64,000 nt of DNA from Rhynchopus sp. YZ270_cl-10 (Eukaryota), in assembly GCA_964035575.1 (NCBI GenBank), contig OZ037842.1, forward strand, positions 558,001 to 622,000, written 5' to 3'. The notes below the pieces were generated by a model, which searched no databases, was not told where the DNA came from, and saw only the letters and a list, made by a program, of their open reading frames with translations. Of this stretch, positions 1-8,801 are shown piece by piece. The position numbers and the translations under genes were made by a program. Every line of letters begins with the position of its first letter. The first letter of the stretch is position 1.

Positions 1-1019
1 CCAAGCTTGACGTAGGCGTGGAGAATCGCGCGCCAGAGCTTTAGGTCGCTGCGCATGTTTGCAGCTATTTCTTCATCCTTGACATAAATCTCAATACACT
101 CCGTCATGAACGCAGCGAGCAACGTGGTTGGCCCTTTTGCATGCAACTTACAGAGATGAATGTAATAGACGAGCAGACCTTGCACCTGTTTGTTGGCAGC
201 ATCTGATTCGCTGGTGCGCAGCTGCCGGATGCAGCCTCGGAGGTGGTCCTTTGCGAACCGGAGTTTCCCTGCTGGGATCGCTGCTGCAGTCATTATGTTA
301 AATTCCACCGGATGGCTGAGACGGGTGAAACCGTTTTGCTCAACAAGCCTACGGGATTCACGCGTCCTCCCAGTAGCCGCATAGGCAAGCAACGTTGCAC
401 GCACCCACTCCGGCGACGACGCCACCCCTGCAGCAGAGAACCGACGCAACACTTCTTTCAACTCCTCCTGCCGTGTCACCTGCTCCATTGCACAGATCAA
501 CAGCTTGCTGCGATGTGGGTCCTCTAGCACCACTGCCACATTCTCATTCACTTGCGAATGAGCATGCAATTCGTTTACATGCTGGATAAGCTGCAACGTG
601 GCGGATATAGGCGCCCCTGCAGCTTGGAGTCCCTTCGCAACTATGTGGTAGTGTGGGAAGCTTGGGGCGATATCTTCGTTGGCCATGACAGAACGTACTT
701 TGGCGATTCCTTCTAGCTCACCGCGTAGGGCGTAGGCAAGGAGGAGAGGCGCAGCAAGACGGCGGGTGATGCGGAGATTGGTTTTGCGTAAGGTGTGCCA
801 GCAGTTGTAGGCGGAGTGCAGCTTCGCGAAGGTGCTCATAGCAGCAAAGGCACTGCGTTGCCCCACCACATAGCGTTCGGTATTGCGTTGTACAGAGACA
901 AAGGCGGCACTAAACTGTGCAAGCTCGTAGACACGTTCGTGTTCGTTCAACTGCTTCCAGTTGCCTTTCTTAAATAAGGTTGCAATATGCTCGCTGGTTT
1001 GCAAATCGTCTAGTTGCAT
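1..1019 (-). CDS. PPR-like helical-repeat protein, 3' end truncated by the window edge
   Basis: Manual translation from ATG at 1019 (MQLDDLQTSEHIATLFKKGNW...) stays open for 339 codons to position 1, so it is absent from the ORF track. It has PPR-like segments such as LWRAILHAYVKLG, PLLLAYALRGELEG and TLLAYAATGRTRE. Confidence 0.6.
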   Translation of the reverse strand, partial: MQLDDLQTSEHIATLFKKGNWKQLNEHERVYELAQFSAAFVSVQRNTERYVVGQRSAFAAMSTFAKLHSAYNCWHTLRKTNLRITRRLAAPLLLAYALRGELEGIAKVRSVMANEDIAPSFPHYHIVAKGLQAAGAPISATLQLIQHVNELHAHSQVNENVAVVLEDPHRSKLLICAMEQVTRQEELKEVLRRFSAAGVASSPEWVRATLLAYAATGRTRESRRLVEQNGFTRLSHPVEFNIMTAAAIPAGKLRFAKDHLRGCIRQLRTSESDAANKQVQGLLVYYIHLCKLHAKGPTTLLAAFMTECIEIYVKDEEIAANMRSDLKLWRAILHAYVKL

Positions 1020-1138
1020 TTTCTCATTTGAGGGGGAAGGGGTTATAAGATGAACCTAAGTCTCGTGATTGGGCGACTTAAACACAAGGCTCTGGAGAGG
1101 TAGGGTAGTTGTGGGAGAAGAAGAGAAGAGAAGGGGAT

Positions 1139-1268
1139 GGGGGTGGTGGGGTGGTGGGGTGGTGGGGTGGTGGGGTGGTGGGGTGGTGGGGTGGTGGGGT
1201 GGTGGGGTGGTGGGGTGGTGGGGTGGTGGGGTGGTGGGGTGGTGGGGTGGTGGGGTGGTGGGGTGGTG
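1139..1268. repeat. (GGGGTGGT)n microsatellite, left half of the retroelement target
   Basis: Perfect 8-nt tandem repeat, read directly. Confidence 0.95.
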
Positions 1269-1738
1269 TGGGGTTTATGATCGTACTCCTAGTGGTCAAA
1301 AGAAATCAAAATAAAAAACAATAACAACAAAGGGAGAGTGAGGGAGGAATCAGTTATCAATTGGCACCGTTAGTGCGAAATGTACGTGCGGGGAGGAGCT
1401 AGAGTGGGGAAAACGGAAAAAGCGAAAAATGAATTTTTTCTGCTGAAAATGGTGGTATTTTGTTTTTCCCAGCCCTCCCCGGTTCCTACCCTGCCAAAGC
1501 AGGAGGTAAAAAGAAATAGCAGCCCGACGCCCACCTTTTTTGTTTAAAGTACTCTCAAACCCCACATAACGCACTTCCAGTGCCTTACAGTGCTGCTATA
1601 TGTGGGGTTTATGATCGTACTCCTAGTGGTCAAAAGAAATCAAAATAAAAAACAATAACAACAAAGGGAGAGTGAGGGAGGAATCAGTTATCAATTGGCA
1701 CCGTTAGTGCGAAATGTACGTGCGGGGAGGAGCTAGAG
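1267..1738 (-). repeat. 3' split-direct-repeat block B1-A2-B2 of the YR retrotransposon
   Basis: 1267-1404 matches 1601-1738, and 1385-1602 matches 5840-6057. A and B overlap in the 20-nt sequence CGTGCGGGGAGGAGCTAGAG. Confidence 0.95.
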
Positions 1739-4700
1739 ACCCTTCGCGTCGGCGCTGCGCACCCCCCCGACACAGAAAGTCACGTTCTCTGCACACCGCG
1801 GTATGCGTGCGGACCCCGAGGATCTCTTCCTCGACCAAGAGTCCGCCGGTATCACCTCTGTCGAGATCCACTCCACGTGCAACGTCATCTTCGCCGCCTG
1901 CAGTCCGGAGAAGATTCTGCGCAGGATGTCGTTGCCCAGACGAGTCTTGGTGTGTCCCTTTTGCAGGACGAGTCGCACCGCATCGTTATCGACCCACAGG
2001 AGCACGGACGGCCACCCGCTCCGGCCAGCATACCGCAACGCCTTCTCTGCCGCCCACAGCTCAAGGTGGAACATGTCTCCCGACAGGTACTCTCGCTCCC
2101 ATGTACCCCATTCCGCCTGCGACAAAGGATCTCCCACTGTAGACGACACAAAACCCCAGCCCGTCGTCGAAGCGTCTGACCACACGGTCCCGGCAAAAAC
2201 GGACAACGGCAGTGGAGGCGCGTGCAGCCATCTGTTCGGGGCGAGGTGAGCCTGTACGAGGCCCCTCACATCGCGTCTGACCCCCTCCGGAAGACGCACC
2301 ACCGCATTCCATCCGCACACATGGTCTGCAATACGCTTCGCCCACCTGCGGATGAATTGTATCGAGTCGCAGAAATGACATAGTTTAAGCTGCGCAACGT
2401 ACGTAACCCGGAAGAGGACACCAAACATCGCCCACCACGCCAGCAACGTCGCCTCCTCCCTATCGCAAGACGCCGTTAAGCTGGAGAGCGCCTTCTGCTT
2501 CCATGCCTCCGGAAAACGAAACGCAGCACACGGAACGTCCCACTCCAGACCGATGTACGACACACGCTGCGCGGGAGCCTGCATGCTCTTAGCTTCGTTG
2601 ATCTCACCCTTGCAGTACGCAATCCTGTCTCGCACGTAAGCAGCGCGCGCGCGAACCTCGATCTCCGACGCACCGATCACAATCATATCGTCCAAGTACA
2701 CCGCAGACCCAGAGGCCAACACCTCCCCCAGAAACACCTCCGACGTGTTCTGCGCAATCCACGGGGCGTAGCTGAAGCCCATTGGCAGCCTGCACCACCG
2801 GTACCAAGTGTGTCCTACCCTCACGCAAAAGAACGCAGCCACGTCCGGAGAAAGGGGGAACTGGTGGAAGTATCCACGGAGATCAATGACGGTAGCCCAG
2901 CCTGCCTTGTGCGAGTCCATGGAGCGCGCCAAAGAAAAAGGTGACGGAAGAGACAGCTTTGGAGGCTTCGGCAGTCGGGTGTTCACCGGCCTACCATCCA
3001 CAACAAGGCGCCTCACCAGCGGGTCAGCCTTAGGCACGTCGAAAATAGCAACTACGCCCCTCTTTCTATCGCACTCCCTGACCGGTGTCATCACCCCTGC
3101 CGCACAGCACTTCGCAACAAAACTCGGCTTGACGTCACTGCGGGGCCCCGGGAGCGGTACCCTCGAGGTAAGAGCCTCGGCGAAAGTCGCAGAGTCGGTG
3201 CACCACTTTAGAAAATCCCCTCTCTTACGGCTGCCGGCCAACCTGCGGACGCTCTGCAGACACAACGTACCATGCGGGAAATCGTCCAGCCGCTCGCGCG
3301 AAGGAGGACGCAACAACCCCTGCGGCGCGCCTCTGTCCTCGATCGCATATCCGGTATCCGTCAGCACGTCGTAGTCCTCGGTGTCGTACACGTCCGGATA
3401 CCCACCACCACACAGCAGCCGCTCTACTGCAGCCTCCGCATCCAACTCCTCTCCTTCCCCCTCCTCGTGGCGTTCGTCGAGTCCAGGTACCGCAGCGTCT
3501 GCCTCTCGTCCTGGTGGCGGAGGGACTCCTTGATGTGGAGTCGGCTGGTGCCCGCCAGGTCCATCTGCTGTGCCGCCCCTCGGCGCAAGGAGTGCGTCCA
3601 CCACTGGCCATCCAGCTTCGGCATCACGCGCAGAATCTGGCGCTTCAGCACGGCGTAGCGGGGTGTATCCCCCCCGAACACCAAACCCCCCTCGGTCGCC
3701 TGACGCCAAAACTCCACCGCCACCGCCGTAATCTGCCCCCTGGGCAGGAAGATGGCCGGCTGCCACTGCAGACGCGCCTTCTCCTTCGCGTGCACCTCTG
3801 CATCCACCAGATGTGCCGCGCCGCCCTGGCCGTCGACTTCCCTCCAGTCGGCCTTCACGACGTACCGTATGTCGCTGATACGGGCACGCGTCATCCAGCA
3901 GATGGCAACCATGGCTGCAGCGGTGTTGTGCCCGCTCTGCCGCAGGAGCTTCAGGGCCGCCATGACCTCCGAGGTATGCAGGGGCGTCGCCTGTTTCGGA
4001 CGGATCATCACCCCCATGCGGCTGAGGGCCTTCTTGACCCTGATGACCTTCCGGGAGATCACCCACCCCTCGTCGTCTGCTATGGCTCGGCACAGTCGGT
4101 CCATGTAGTTTCGCACTACCCCAGGTGAAGCCGTCTTGAGCGCCCGCCACGCCCACTGGATCACCAAATCCTCCACGGTCGTTGTTCCCGGCATTGTCGA
4201 ACGGAACTCCTCGAAGCGAGCCAAAAGCCTGTCGCGCTCCTTCGCTGCATGGTGTCCGACCGCAAACGTATGTGCCTCCTGCCAGGGGACCAAGTCTCGG
4301 AGCAGCCGGCCCGCCTTCTTCCCGTCCCTCTCTGCGAAGACCTGCGACTCCACCCCCCTCCGCCACACAGCCGTGCTCGGCGGCCTCAAAAAAGGCGGAG
4401 GGCAGACTCCAGTCTGCTTGTTCACTATAGCGGCGCACGCTGCCGTATTTTTCTTGTTCTTTTTCCCTTTCTTTTTCTTGTCCTTTTCCTTTTTGTGGAC
4501 CTTCAGTGTTCTCGTCTCTTTTTGTTGTCCTACAGCGTTTTTCGCAGCTAGAATCTTTTTGTTGTCTTTTTTCTTCTTCTTGTGGGCTATTATTGGCATC
4601 GCCTCTTTTTGTTGTCCTACAGCGACATTCGCAGCTAGGATCTTTTTGTTGTCTATTTTCTTTGTGTGGGCTATTATTGGCATCGCCTCTTTTTGTTGTC

Positions 4701-4927
4701 CTACAGCGTTGTTCGCAGCTAGGATCTTTTTGTTGTCTTTTTCCTTTTTGTGGGCTATTGTTATCATCGCCTCTTTTTGTTGTCCTACAGCGAGATTCGC
4801 AGCTAGGATCTTTTGCTTTTTCTTTATCTGTTTCTGGGCGCTCCTTGCAGCCGCCTCGTTTTGTTGTCCCACGGCGCTGACAGCTGCCCGGATCTTCTTC
4901 TCTTCCTCTGCGCTCCGTGGTCCACAC
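1733..4927 (-). CDS. Reverse transcriptase-RNase H; recognizable domains in ~1733-3150, upstream part overlaps the YR in another frame
   Basis: RT motifs: VIDLRGYFHQFPL, RLPMGFSYAPWIAQ, VYLDDMIV, YIGLEW. DIRS-type RNase H motifs: WSDASTTGWG, HLELWA, WVDNDAV, PADSWSR. The true start is unknown because there is no ATG for the first ~600 codons. Confidence 0.88.
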   Translation of the reverse strand: MWTTERRGREEDPGSCQRRGTTKRGGCKERPETDKEKAKDPSCESRCRTTKRGDDNNSPQKGKRQQKDPSCEQRCRTTKRGDANNSPHKENRQQKDPSCECRCRTTKRGDANNSPQEEEKRQQKDSSCEKRCRTTKRDENTEGPQKGKGQEKEREKEQEKYGSVRRYSEQADWSLPSAFFEAAEHGCVAEGGGVAGLRREGREEGGPAAPRLGPLAGGTYVCGRTPCSEGARQAFGSLRGVPFDNAGNNDRGGFGDPVGVAGAQDGFTWGSAKLHGPTVPSHSRRRGVGDLPEGHQGQEGPQPHGGDDPSETGDAPAYLGGHGGPEAPAAERAQHRCSHGCHLLDDACPYQRHTVRREGRLEGSRRPGRRGTSGGCRGAREGEGASAVAAGHLPAQGADYGGGGGVLASGDRGGFGVRGGYTPLRRAEAPDSARDAEAGWPVVDALLAPRGGTADGPGGHQPTPHQGVPPPPGREADAAVPGLDERHEEGEGEELDAEAAVERLLCGGGYPDVYDTEDYDVLTDTGYAIEDRGAPQGLLRPPSRERLDDFPHGTLCLQSVRRLAGSRKRGDFLKWCTDSATFAEALTSRVPLPGPRSDVKPSFVAKCCAAGVMTPVRECDRKRGVVAIFDVPKADPLVRRLVVDGRPVNTRLPKPPKLSLPSPFSLARSMDSHKAGWATVIDLRGYFHQFPLSPDVAAFFCVRVGHTWYRWCRLPMGFSYAPWIAQNTSEVFLGEVLASGSAVYLDDMIVIGASEIEVRARAAYVRDRIAYCKGEINEAKSMQAPAQRVSYIGLEWDVPCAAFRFPEAWKQKALSSLTASCDREEATLLAWWAMFGVLFRVTYVAQLKLCHFCDSIQFIRRWAKRIADHVCGWNAVVRLPEGVRRDVRGLVQAHLAPNRWLHAPPLPLSVFAGTVWSDASTTGWGFVSSTVGDPLSQAEWGTWEREYLSGDMFHLELWAAEKALRYAGRSGWPSVLLWVDNDAVRLVLQKGHTKTRLGNDILRRIFSGLQAAKMTLHVEWISTEVIPADSWSRKRSSGSARIPRCAENVTFCVGGVRSADAKGL
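3424..4872 (-). CDS. Tyrosine recombinase with Lys-rich repetitive N-terminus
   Basis: Catalytic pattern R..HxxR..H..Y is present: WMTRARISD, THSLRRGAA, SLRHQD, TLRYL. The start is uncertain. Confidence 0.88.
   Translation of the reverse strand: MGQQNEAAARSAQKQIKKKQKILAANLAVGQQKEAMITIAHKKEKDNKKILAANNAVGQQKEAMPIIAHTKKIDNKKILAANVAVGQQKEAMPIIAHKKKKKDNKKILAAKNAVGQQKETRTLKVHKKEKDKKKKGKKNKKNTAACAAIVNKQTGVCPPPFLRPPSTAVWRRGVESQVFAERDGKKAGRLLRDLVPWQEAHTFAVGHHAAKERDRLLARFEEFRSTMPGTTTVEDLVIQWAWRALKTASPGVVRNYMDRLCRAIADDEGWVISRKVIRVKKALSRMGVMIRPKQATPLHTSEVMAALKLLRQSGHNTAAAMVAICWMTRARISDIRYVVKADWREVDGQGGAAHLVDAEVHAKEKARLQWQPAIFLPRGQITAVAVEFWRQATEGGLVFGGDTPRYAVLKRQILRVMPKLDGQWWTHSLRRGAAQQMDLAGTSRLHIKESLRHQDERQTLRYLDSTNATRRGKERSWMRRLQ
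4515..4895. repeat. About 4.5 copies of an 84-90 bp tandem repeat inside the retroelement
   Basis: TGTTGTCCTACAGCG...CGCAGCTAGGATC recurs near 4522, 4609, 4693, 4777 and 4862. It encodes KKILAANxAVGQQKEA in the YR frame and KDPSCExRCRTTKRGD in the RT frame. Confidence 0.9.
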
Positions 4928-4941
4928 TCCTCCCTCTCCGG

Positions 4942-5694
4942 TCAGACCCGCCGGCCCTTTTTTCCCCCCCCTCTCTGGGGCGCCTGGGAAAAAGCGCGCG
5001 TGGGAGGGATAAACGTCTGGTTGCGAAACTGGGGGGTAGCGTATCCTGCGCCACCCCTGTGGCCCCTGCTAGGCTGGAATCTGGGACGGTCCGGTACGCG
5101 GTGCGATTCTGCGTTCTTCGCAGCCTTCAAAGCCTTCTTCAGTTTTGGGTCGAGGTCCTCCTTCCTGATTTCGTCCGTGAAAGCCGCAGCCGCCACGCCA
5201 CCCCACCTAAAGCGACAACGGAGACCGACAAGCAACTCATGCAGCTTCACCAGCAGGACTTCAGCACCAGAACCGTCGAGGATCAGCTTCACCAAAGTCA
5301 GGAGACCTTCAGCCCACGCTTTCCCCTCCGGGGACTGGGGCACGTACAATTCCTGGAGCCTGCCGACTAGCTGCACGAGCTGTACCTGCGACATTTTCAG
5401 CCAGGAAGTAGGATCGTTGACCCCCGCATCGCCAGACAGCAGGGAGCCAGGTTGCACGGTGTGAGCGGTAGCGCCGGCGGGATCCTCGGTGGACTGAGAC
5501 TCACTGGTCTCACTGTCCTCCCGCTTGCGCTTCGTGCCCCTGCCCGGTTGGCCGAAGTCCACCGTCAAACGGTCTTCTTCGTTACCCTGCGGGGGGGCCA
5601 ACGGAGGCAGCGGCTTCTCGCGCTTCGGCGTGAAAATCACCTGCAATGCGGCTGCTTTGTCGGTTTCTTCGTCAGTTCTCGCGTCAGCCAACAC
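4942..5694 (-). CDS. Gag-like ORF1 of the YR retrotransposon
   Basis: First long ORF after repeat A1, with a helical core and a basic R/G-rich C-terminus. Assigned by position only; no zinc knuckle seen and the start is non-ATG. Confidence 0.6.
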   Translation of the reverse strand: MLADARTDEETDKAAALQVIFTPKREKPLPPLAPPQGNEEDRLTVDFGQPGRGTKRKREDSETSESQSTEDPAGATAHTVQPGSLLSGDAGVNDPTSWLKMSQVQLVQLVGRLQELYVPQSPEGKAWAEGLLTLVKLILDGSGAEVLLVKLHELLVGLRCRFRWGGVAAAAFTDEIRKEDLDPKLKKALKAAKNAESHRVPDRPRFQPSRGHRGGAGYATPQFRNQTFIPPTRAFSQAPQRGGGKKGRRV

Positions 5695-5839
5695 CGCGGC
5701 TTCCTCAGAGATGTCTGTTTTGTGTGCACCTCACACTCTTTACGGCGTCCGGCGCCCTTTCCATTGCTTCCGCCACCTCCTTCGACACCCGCAGAGACCA
5801 CCAATCGCGTGTCTCGAAGTCAGCCAAAAAGGCTTCCAT

Positions 5840-6057
5840 CGTGCGGGGAGGAGCTAGAGTGGGGAAAACGGAAAAAGCGAAAAATGAATTTTTTCTGCTG
5901 AAAATGGTGGTATTTTGTTTTTCCCAGCCCTCCCCGGTTCCTACCCTGCCAAAGCAGGAGGTAAAAAGAAATAGCAGCCCGACGCCCACCTTTTTTGTTT
6001 AAAGTACTCTCAAACCCCACATAACGCACTTCCAGTGCCTTACAGTGCTGCTATATG
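5840..6057 (-). repeat. 5' terminal repeat A1 of the YR retrotransposon
   Basis: Direct copy of 1385-1602. Confidence 0.95.
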
Positions 6058-6257
6058 GGGTGGTGGGGTGGTGGGGTGGTGGGGTGGTGGGGTGGTGGGG
6101 TGGTGGGGTGGTGGGGTGGTGGGGTGGTGGGGTGGTGGGGTGGTGGGGTGGTGGGGTGGTGGGGTGGTGGGGTGGTGGGGTGGTGGGGTGGTGGGGTGGT
6201 GGGGTGGTGGGGTGGTGGGGTGATGGGGTGATGGGGTGGTGGGGTGATGGGGTGGTG
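6056..6257. repeat. (GGGGTGGT)n microsatellite, right half of the retroelement target
   Basis: Same 8-mer as 1139-1268, with a few GGGGTGAT variants distally. Confidence 0.95.
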
Positions 6258-7125
6258 GACAACATAAAGTGTTTTTTGTTGATAAATTTTGTTGGAGTAC
6301 TGTAGTTGCCTCGGTTGTGTTGCCACCAGTTGTGCAAATCTCCACTGTGAGGGTTGGGGGGTTTTGGGAAGGGGATTGCTGATTGAAAAAAAGAGAGGGA
6401 AAAAAAAACACGGCGAATATGAAATAAATCTTTGACGAGATGGATGTGTGTCTCGTGCACACCCACCAAGGGAATATTGGAGGGGTAAAAAATATACGCT
6501 AAAGGTGAATTGAGCATATGTGGGATGGTGGTGGGGGGGCATTGAACTACCGGCAAGCTTTAAAAGGTGCAGGACAAAATGCTTCGAAAAGGGGAAAATG
6601 CGGGGAAGAGCCAGCAAGCTGACTGGGCAAACCGTAGGCTAGAGGGGGGTTGTTTTGCGTATCTAAATGGAAACATAATTTGACTTGAAATACAAAGCCC
6701 TCTTGTGGCAGTGTACCTATATATAACATACGGAGAGACGATCAGTTTGTGTGCACGTTGTTTTTGTGTTTGTCTGATTGAAGTCAGGAATTGGTAGTTT
6801 CAACGCTGACAATATTAAATCAGACAATCCAAAAAAATGTGTTTCAAAACACCACCGTCCATCTATGGCTACCAAATTGAATTGAGAATAGAAAAGAAAA
6901 AAAACTAACAAAAGTGTGAGGGGCGTTTTCGTTTTCTCCTCAAAAAAAAAATAAAAGTATAAATAGGAAGGCACACAGACACACAGGCTCGCTGTCGCAA
7001 GAAGACAACTCCTTGCGCGTTTCATGAAATGCTCCTCCAATCACCCCCTCCTCCCTCCCCCATTCTAAATACTATCTGACAAAAAAACGCAGTCAATTTG
7101 ACTACGACAGGAAATGGAAAATAAC

Positions 7126-7158
<33 letters not shown>

Positions 7159-7436
7159 TGAACAAACGATGGACACCAATTTGCTGTCAACACAAACACT
7201 CAAAATCACATTTATTGCAGTGCAGACGTACAGACTCCACGCTATGTTCCGCTTTTAGGAACCCAAAAACACACATCGGGTTCGCATATGGGCTGCGTTC
7301 TCGTATTGATTATACATTCATTTGAACGTAAGGTACACAGGAGTGACCCCCTTTGGGTTTGCTGTGTATTTTGAACATTCCAACACGGAGTAGCTTTATT
7401 AAGGAATTACCCTGAAAAAATTTTACCCCCTCCAAA

Positions 7437-8801
7437 TTAGGCGTCTGGCTGTGCAAACATGATGGTGAAGACTGCGTTTGCGCACCGTGCGGTTGCTGTG
7501 GAGCGTACATCCAGCTGGCTTCTTTGGAGGGTCAGCTTTTGGGTGTGTTGCGGTTCGCAGCCGGCGTGGAGCCAGGCGTGGACGATGTCACCTTTCTTCT
7601 TTTTCACAGCCTTTTCGATTACTGCTATTTTCACTTCACCCCGCACCTCAGCGTCTATCGAGAAGAGATACGTATGCGGGTCAGCACCCTCTGTATCACA
7701 GTCAATACGTTGCCCTGCCGTGAAGGTTAATGTCTTGCAATTTGGAGAAAACCCTTCTTGCACGAGAAGGCTGAAATGCGGCATTCGCGACTCATTTGCG
7801 TCTCGTTTGGAACGTTTGATACAAGAACTCCTTTGTTTTGGGTGCACACCCGACACAGCTATGCTCTGTATCCTCATCGGCGCTGTACACAATGCGTCAG
7901 CCCGGGCCCCCACATTCACCAACGAACGGTCCACTTTCAATGCATCCCACAGCAACGCACCAAAGTACTTCACAAAGCGGATCTGCGACGGTATTGTTAC
8001 ACCACGTGAATCGAGGGTGCGTTCCCCTGCATATTCGTCCATGATCTTCGCGCAGTTCTCTGCAATGGTCTGAGAGTCAACCCTTTGCAGCATTGACGAA
8101 GCAAGCTGTGCGTCACACTGCGGCATTATGTCTAATGAGATCCCGGAGTTTTCTGTGCTGTTCTGTGTTGTTTCGATGTTGAAGAATGATGCGCTGAGGC
8201 CTGCGGAGGTGGGGGCTGGGGAGGTGGAAGGTGACTCTTGTGGGTGTTTGTCTGCCTGTTGGAGGAGGAGTGACCAGCATGAGGCTAGGCTGTAGAGTTT
8301 GTAGCAGCTGACGACCATTCCGGTACGACCTTTTCCTGCTTTGCAGTGAAGTGCGGCGATGTTTTCGATGTTGGTATCAAGGTAGTTGTGTATGTTGAGG
8401 CATGCGTCGTGAATGCTAGAGAGCGATCCAGGGTTGTGGTCTTGCATCGGAAAGGATTCAAAATTTCCGTCAAAATCACGCCCCGAACGGTATTGGTAGT
8501 CCCGCTCCACGCAAAGGTTGTACACCCGATACCTCCCGGCGTGATGCGTATCGAGGAACCGCTTCACATCGTCGTATCGGTTGCGGTACACTATGTTCCT
8601 CCCAGATGCGGGATAGCCCATTGCAATGAGGCGGGTGCATCGGTGTGCGACAGCCTCGTCACGTTCATGTGACAGCAGCGCAGTGGCATGGCTCGCCTGG
8701 ATCACAGTGAGGTACGTCAGATCGAGGTTGAAAGTGTCGTCCACATAGCGCTTCCGTTTTTGGCTGACTGCTGTCCTAATTGGTTTGAAGCAGCAGTCCA
8801 T
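7437..8801 (-). CDS. PTEN: PTEN-like phosphoinositide phosphatase
   Basis: N-terminal AVSQKRKRYVDDTFNLDLTY, LIAMGYPA, YRVYNLC, FPMQDHNP, P-loop HCKAGKGRTG, TI loop GVTIPSQIRFVKYF, and a C2-like C-terminus (VRGEVKI, HAWLH). Confidence 0.9.
   Translation of the reverse strand: MDCCFKPIRTAVSQKRKRYVDDTFNLDLTYLTVIQASHATALLSHERDEAVAHRCTRLIAMGYPASGRNIVYRNRYDDVKRFLDTHHAGRYRVYNLCVERDYQYRSGRDFDGNFESFPMQDHNPGSLSSIHDACLNIHNYLDTNIENIAALHCKAGKGRTGMVVSCYKLYSLASCWSLLLQQADKHPQESPSTSPAPTSAGLSASFFNIETTQNSTENSGISLDIMPQCDAQLASSMLQRVDSQTIAENCAKIMDEYAGERTLDSRGVTIPSQIRFVKYFGALLWDALKVDRSLVNVGARADALCTAPMRIQSIAVSGVHPKQRSSCIKRSKRDANESRMPHFSLLVQEGFSPNCKTLTFTAGQRIDCDTEGADPHTYLFSIDAEVRGEVKIAVIEKAVKKKKGDIVHAWLHAGCEPQHTQKLTLQRSQLDVRSTATARCANAVFTIMFAQPDA

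Larger units (their letters stand above)
1267..6057 (-). mobile_element. Tyrosine-recombinase (DIRS-order) retrotransposon with split direct repeats and VIPER/TATE-like gene order gag-YR-RT/RH
   Basis: Sense-strand layout: A1 (5840-6057), ORFs, B1 (1601-1738), A2 (1385-1602), B2 (1267-1404). The A copies (218 bp) and B copies (138 bp) look identical by eye. It encodes a YR and an RT/RNase H, has no TSD, and is flanked by the same microsatellite on both sides. Confidence 0.93.

Noticed and set aside
1139..1268. Possible telomere
   Set aside because: The array is interstitial, flanked by genes, and is not TTAGGG. A telomere-derived origin cannot be shown here.
1069..1324. ORFs encoding WWGGGVVG or PPPHHPTT repeats (also 5999-6617)
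   Set aside because: They are translations of the (GGGGTGGT)n microsatellite.
1267..1738. Conventional LTRs
   Set aside because: The arrangement is A..B-A-B with no TSD and no DDE integrase.
4515..4895. CRISPR-like repeat-spacer appearance
   Set aside because: The intervening sequences are homologous to each other, the array is protein-coding, the context is eukaryotic and no cas genes are present.
4136..5464. 442-aa plus-strand ORF
   Set aside because: Antisense shadow of the gag/YR frame with no recognisable motifs.
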